Of a DNA stretch of 64,000 bases, positions 62,022-64,000 are shown piece after piece; the first letter of the stretch is position 1; each line of letters starts with the position of its first letter. The stretch comes from Lytechinus pictus (Eukaryota). The notes below the pieces were generated by a model. That model searched no databases. It was not told where the DNA came from and saw only the letters and a list, made by a program, of their open reading frames with translations. The translations under genes were made by a program, and so were the position numbers. The stretch lies in NCBI RefSeq assembly GCF_037042905.1, contig NC_087252.1, forward strand, positions 8,124,001 through 8,188,000, written 5' to 3'.

Positions 62022-63215
62022 CCCAGGTAACAAGCCAACGTTGGCTCCACGTTGGAAACTTGAAAGTCGTTGGACGTTGGAAAAACTTGATGGATTAACG
62101 TTGAATCGACGTTGGAAACTAGTTTGATGGAAAGATGATGGACAATCAACAATGACACGACGTTGGCAACGTTGGAAACTTGTTAGTTGGAGAGTTGTTG
62201 GACAGTCGACAATGTCACAACGTTGGAAACACGTTTGATTGGATAGTTGTTGAACAGCCAGCAAAGGCACAACGTTGGCAACGTTGGAAACTAGTTCGCT
62301 GGAAAGTTGTTGAACAACCGACAATGGCACAACGTTGACGAAGTTGGAAACTAGTTTGTTTGGAGATTTGTTGGACGGTCGACAATGGCACAACGTTGGA
62401 GACTAGTAAGTTGGAGAGTTGTTGGACAGTCGACAATGTCACAACGTTGGAGACACGTTTGATTGGATAGTTGTTGACAGCCAGCAAAGGCACAACGTTC
62501 GCAACGTTGGAAACTAGTTCGCTGGAAAGTTGTTGAACAATCAACAATGACACGACGTTGGCAACGTTGGGAACTTGTTAGTTGGAGAGTTGTTGGACAG
62601 TCGACAATGGCACAATGATGGAAACGAGTAGGTTGGAGATTAGTTGGATAGTCGACGATGACACAAGGTTGGCAACGTTGGAAACTAGTTCGATGGAAAG
62701 TTGTTGAACAACCAACTATGGCACAACGTTGTCAAAGCTAGAAACTAGTTCGATGGAGATTTGTTGGATAGTCGACGATGGCACAACCTTGATAAAGCTG
62801 GAAACTAGTTAGATGGAAAGTTGTTGAACAACTGACACTGGAACAACGTTGGAAACTGATTGGAAACTGGTAGATTGGAGATCAGTAGGATAGTCGACGA
62901 TGACACAACTTTGGCAACGTTGGAAAGTTGTTGAACAACAGACAATGGCACAACATTGGAAACTAGTGTGTTGGAGATTTGTTGGACAGTCAACAACGTC
63001 ACAACGTTGGAAACGCGTGTTTGATTGGATAGGTGTTGAACAGCCAACAAAGGCACAGCGTTGACTACGTCGGAAACTAGTTCGATGGAGAGTTGCTGAA
63101 CAACCGACAAAGGAACAACGTTGGAAACTATTTTCTTGGAGATTTGTTTGACAGTCAACATAATATCCCGGCATAATATACACAGTGTTGAGAGCGTTAG
63201 AAACTGGTTCATTGG
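62022..63215. repeat. Tandem array of ~50-60-bp CAACGTTGGAAAC units, probably the subterminal array of a CMC/EnSpm-like element
   Basis: Starts CCCAGGTAAC; ~20 mutually similar units with the palindromic core CAACGTTG; opposite terminus not seen. Confidence 0.75.
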
Positions 63216-64000
63216 AGAATTGATAATGATATACAGACGACTACTCGCATAATTTCCAATTGGGCCAAGGGGGGGGGGGGTCGATCAAGTAAGTTTGCTT
63301 GTCTATCCATGTCACCCTTGGTATCCCCCAGCAATAAGGGGAAAAGAAATCGAGAGAGAAGGAAAATAATGGAAGGGAAAGAGGAACTAAAACTAAGTCT
63401 AAGGGGAAAACAAAAATAAAGATGGGGTAGAATAGAGAGGCTGCATGAACCGGGGGGGTGCAAATGTGTCGATTAATATAGAAAATAGAGAGAAAAACAA
63501 GAAAAAAATGTAGTTCAAGACCAGAATTTCCAGAAATGCCCTCGTCCTTTGCAGCTGGCTAGGCCTTTCACAGTAAGTACGAGATATGTAATAGGCCTAC
63601 CGTCACATAACTATAGAAGAAATTGAAGAAGGAAATACAAGCATCAAATGTGCCTATTTAAAAATACCATACTATTCTGATGCGCAGAATTAGTCGCGAC
63701 GTCGGACTCCTTCTGTCATGTCTGTGTAGTCTGCTTCCTTCAATTTTGAACTTGAAGAATCTGGCCCATCCGGCAGAATTTGGACTGGATATAGACAATT
63801 AAATTCCAGAATATCTAGTGATCTGGAACAGTACTTATAAGCTGCATATTTAGGACCTACAATCTACAGTGGAATTTTCTTTGCACTTGCAGATAATCGG
63901 TAAATGCAACCATTGATCCCCTCCGAAAGATCCCGGAGTCAGCTTCTGTGCGCGTACAGTCCGACGCTACTATATTCGTGTAAGTAGTAGTAAAGTAGTA

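Noticed and set aside
61977..63212. Repetitive minus-strand ORFs (NVVPLSVVQQLS repeats) as a repeat protein
   Set aside because: They are translations of the DNA tandem array, with frame switching and no splice or start context.
62022..63215. CRISPR array
   Set aside because: The would-be spacers are homologous to each other, the repeats are degenerate, there are no cas genes and the context is eukaryotic; it is a tandem or subterminal TE array.
63690..63840. Exon of a gene at the window's right edge
   Set aside because: Short open frames exist on both strands, but there is no recognisable domain or partner exon within the window.

Overview
AT-rich, intron-containing metazoan genomic DNA. 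The repeat landscape suggests an echinoderm, probably a sea urchin (inference). Three + strand spliced genes can be assembled by hand with consistent GT-AG sites and phases. (1) A 4-exon, ~354-aa DUF1647-like type II membrane protein (1424..13813). (2) An 11-coding-exon, ~601-aa USP2-family deubiquitinase (20227..33495) with an intact Cys/His/Asp triad and a C-terminal PTS1 (SRL). (3) A small ~123-aa death-domain-only protein (45105..47861). The rest is a dense, often nested set of non-autonomous DNA transposons (hAT-, Kolobok-, Tc1/mariner-, Harbinger-, Academ- and CMC-like), tRNA-derived SINEs, a solo LTR, two CR1/L2-group LINE copies and simple repeats. The most unusual structure is a tandem array of ~8 copies of a ~50-bp unit made of the USP2 3' splice site plus the exon start encoding the catalytic cysteine (22330..22736). 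It creates several competing acceptors, one of them in frame. No CRISPR array, rRNA or genuine tRNA gene was found.
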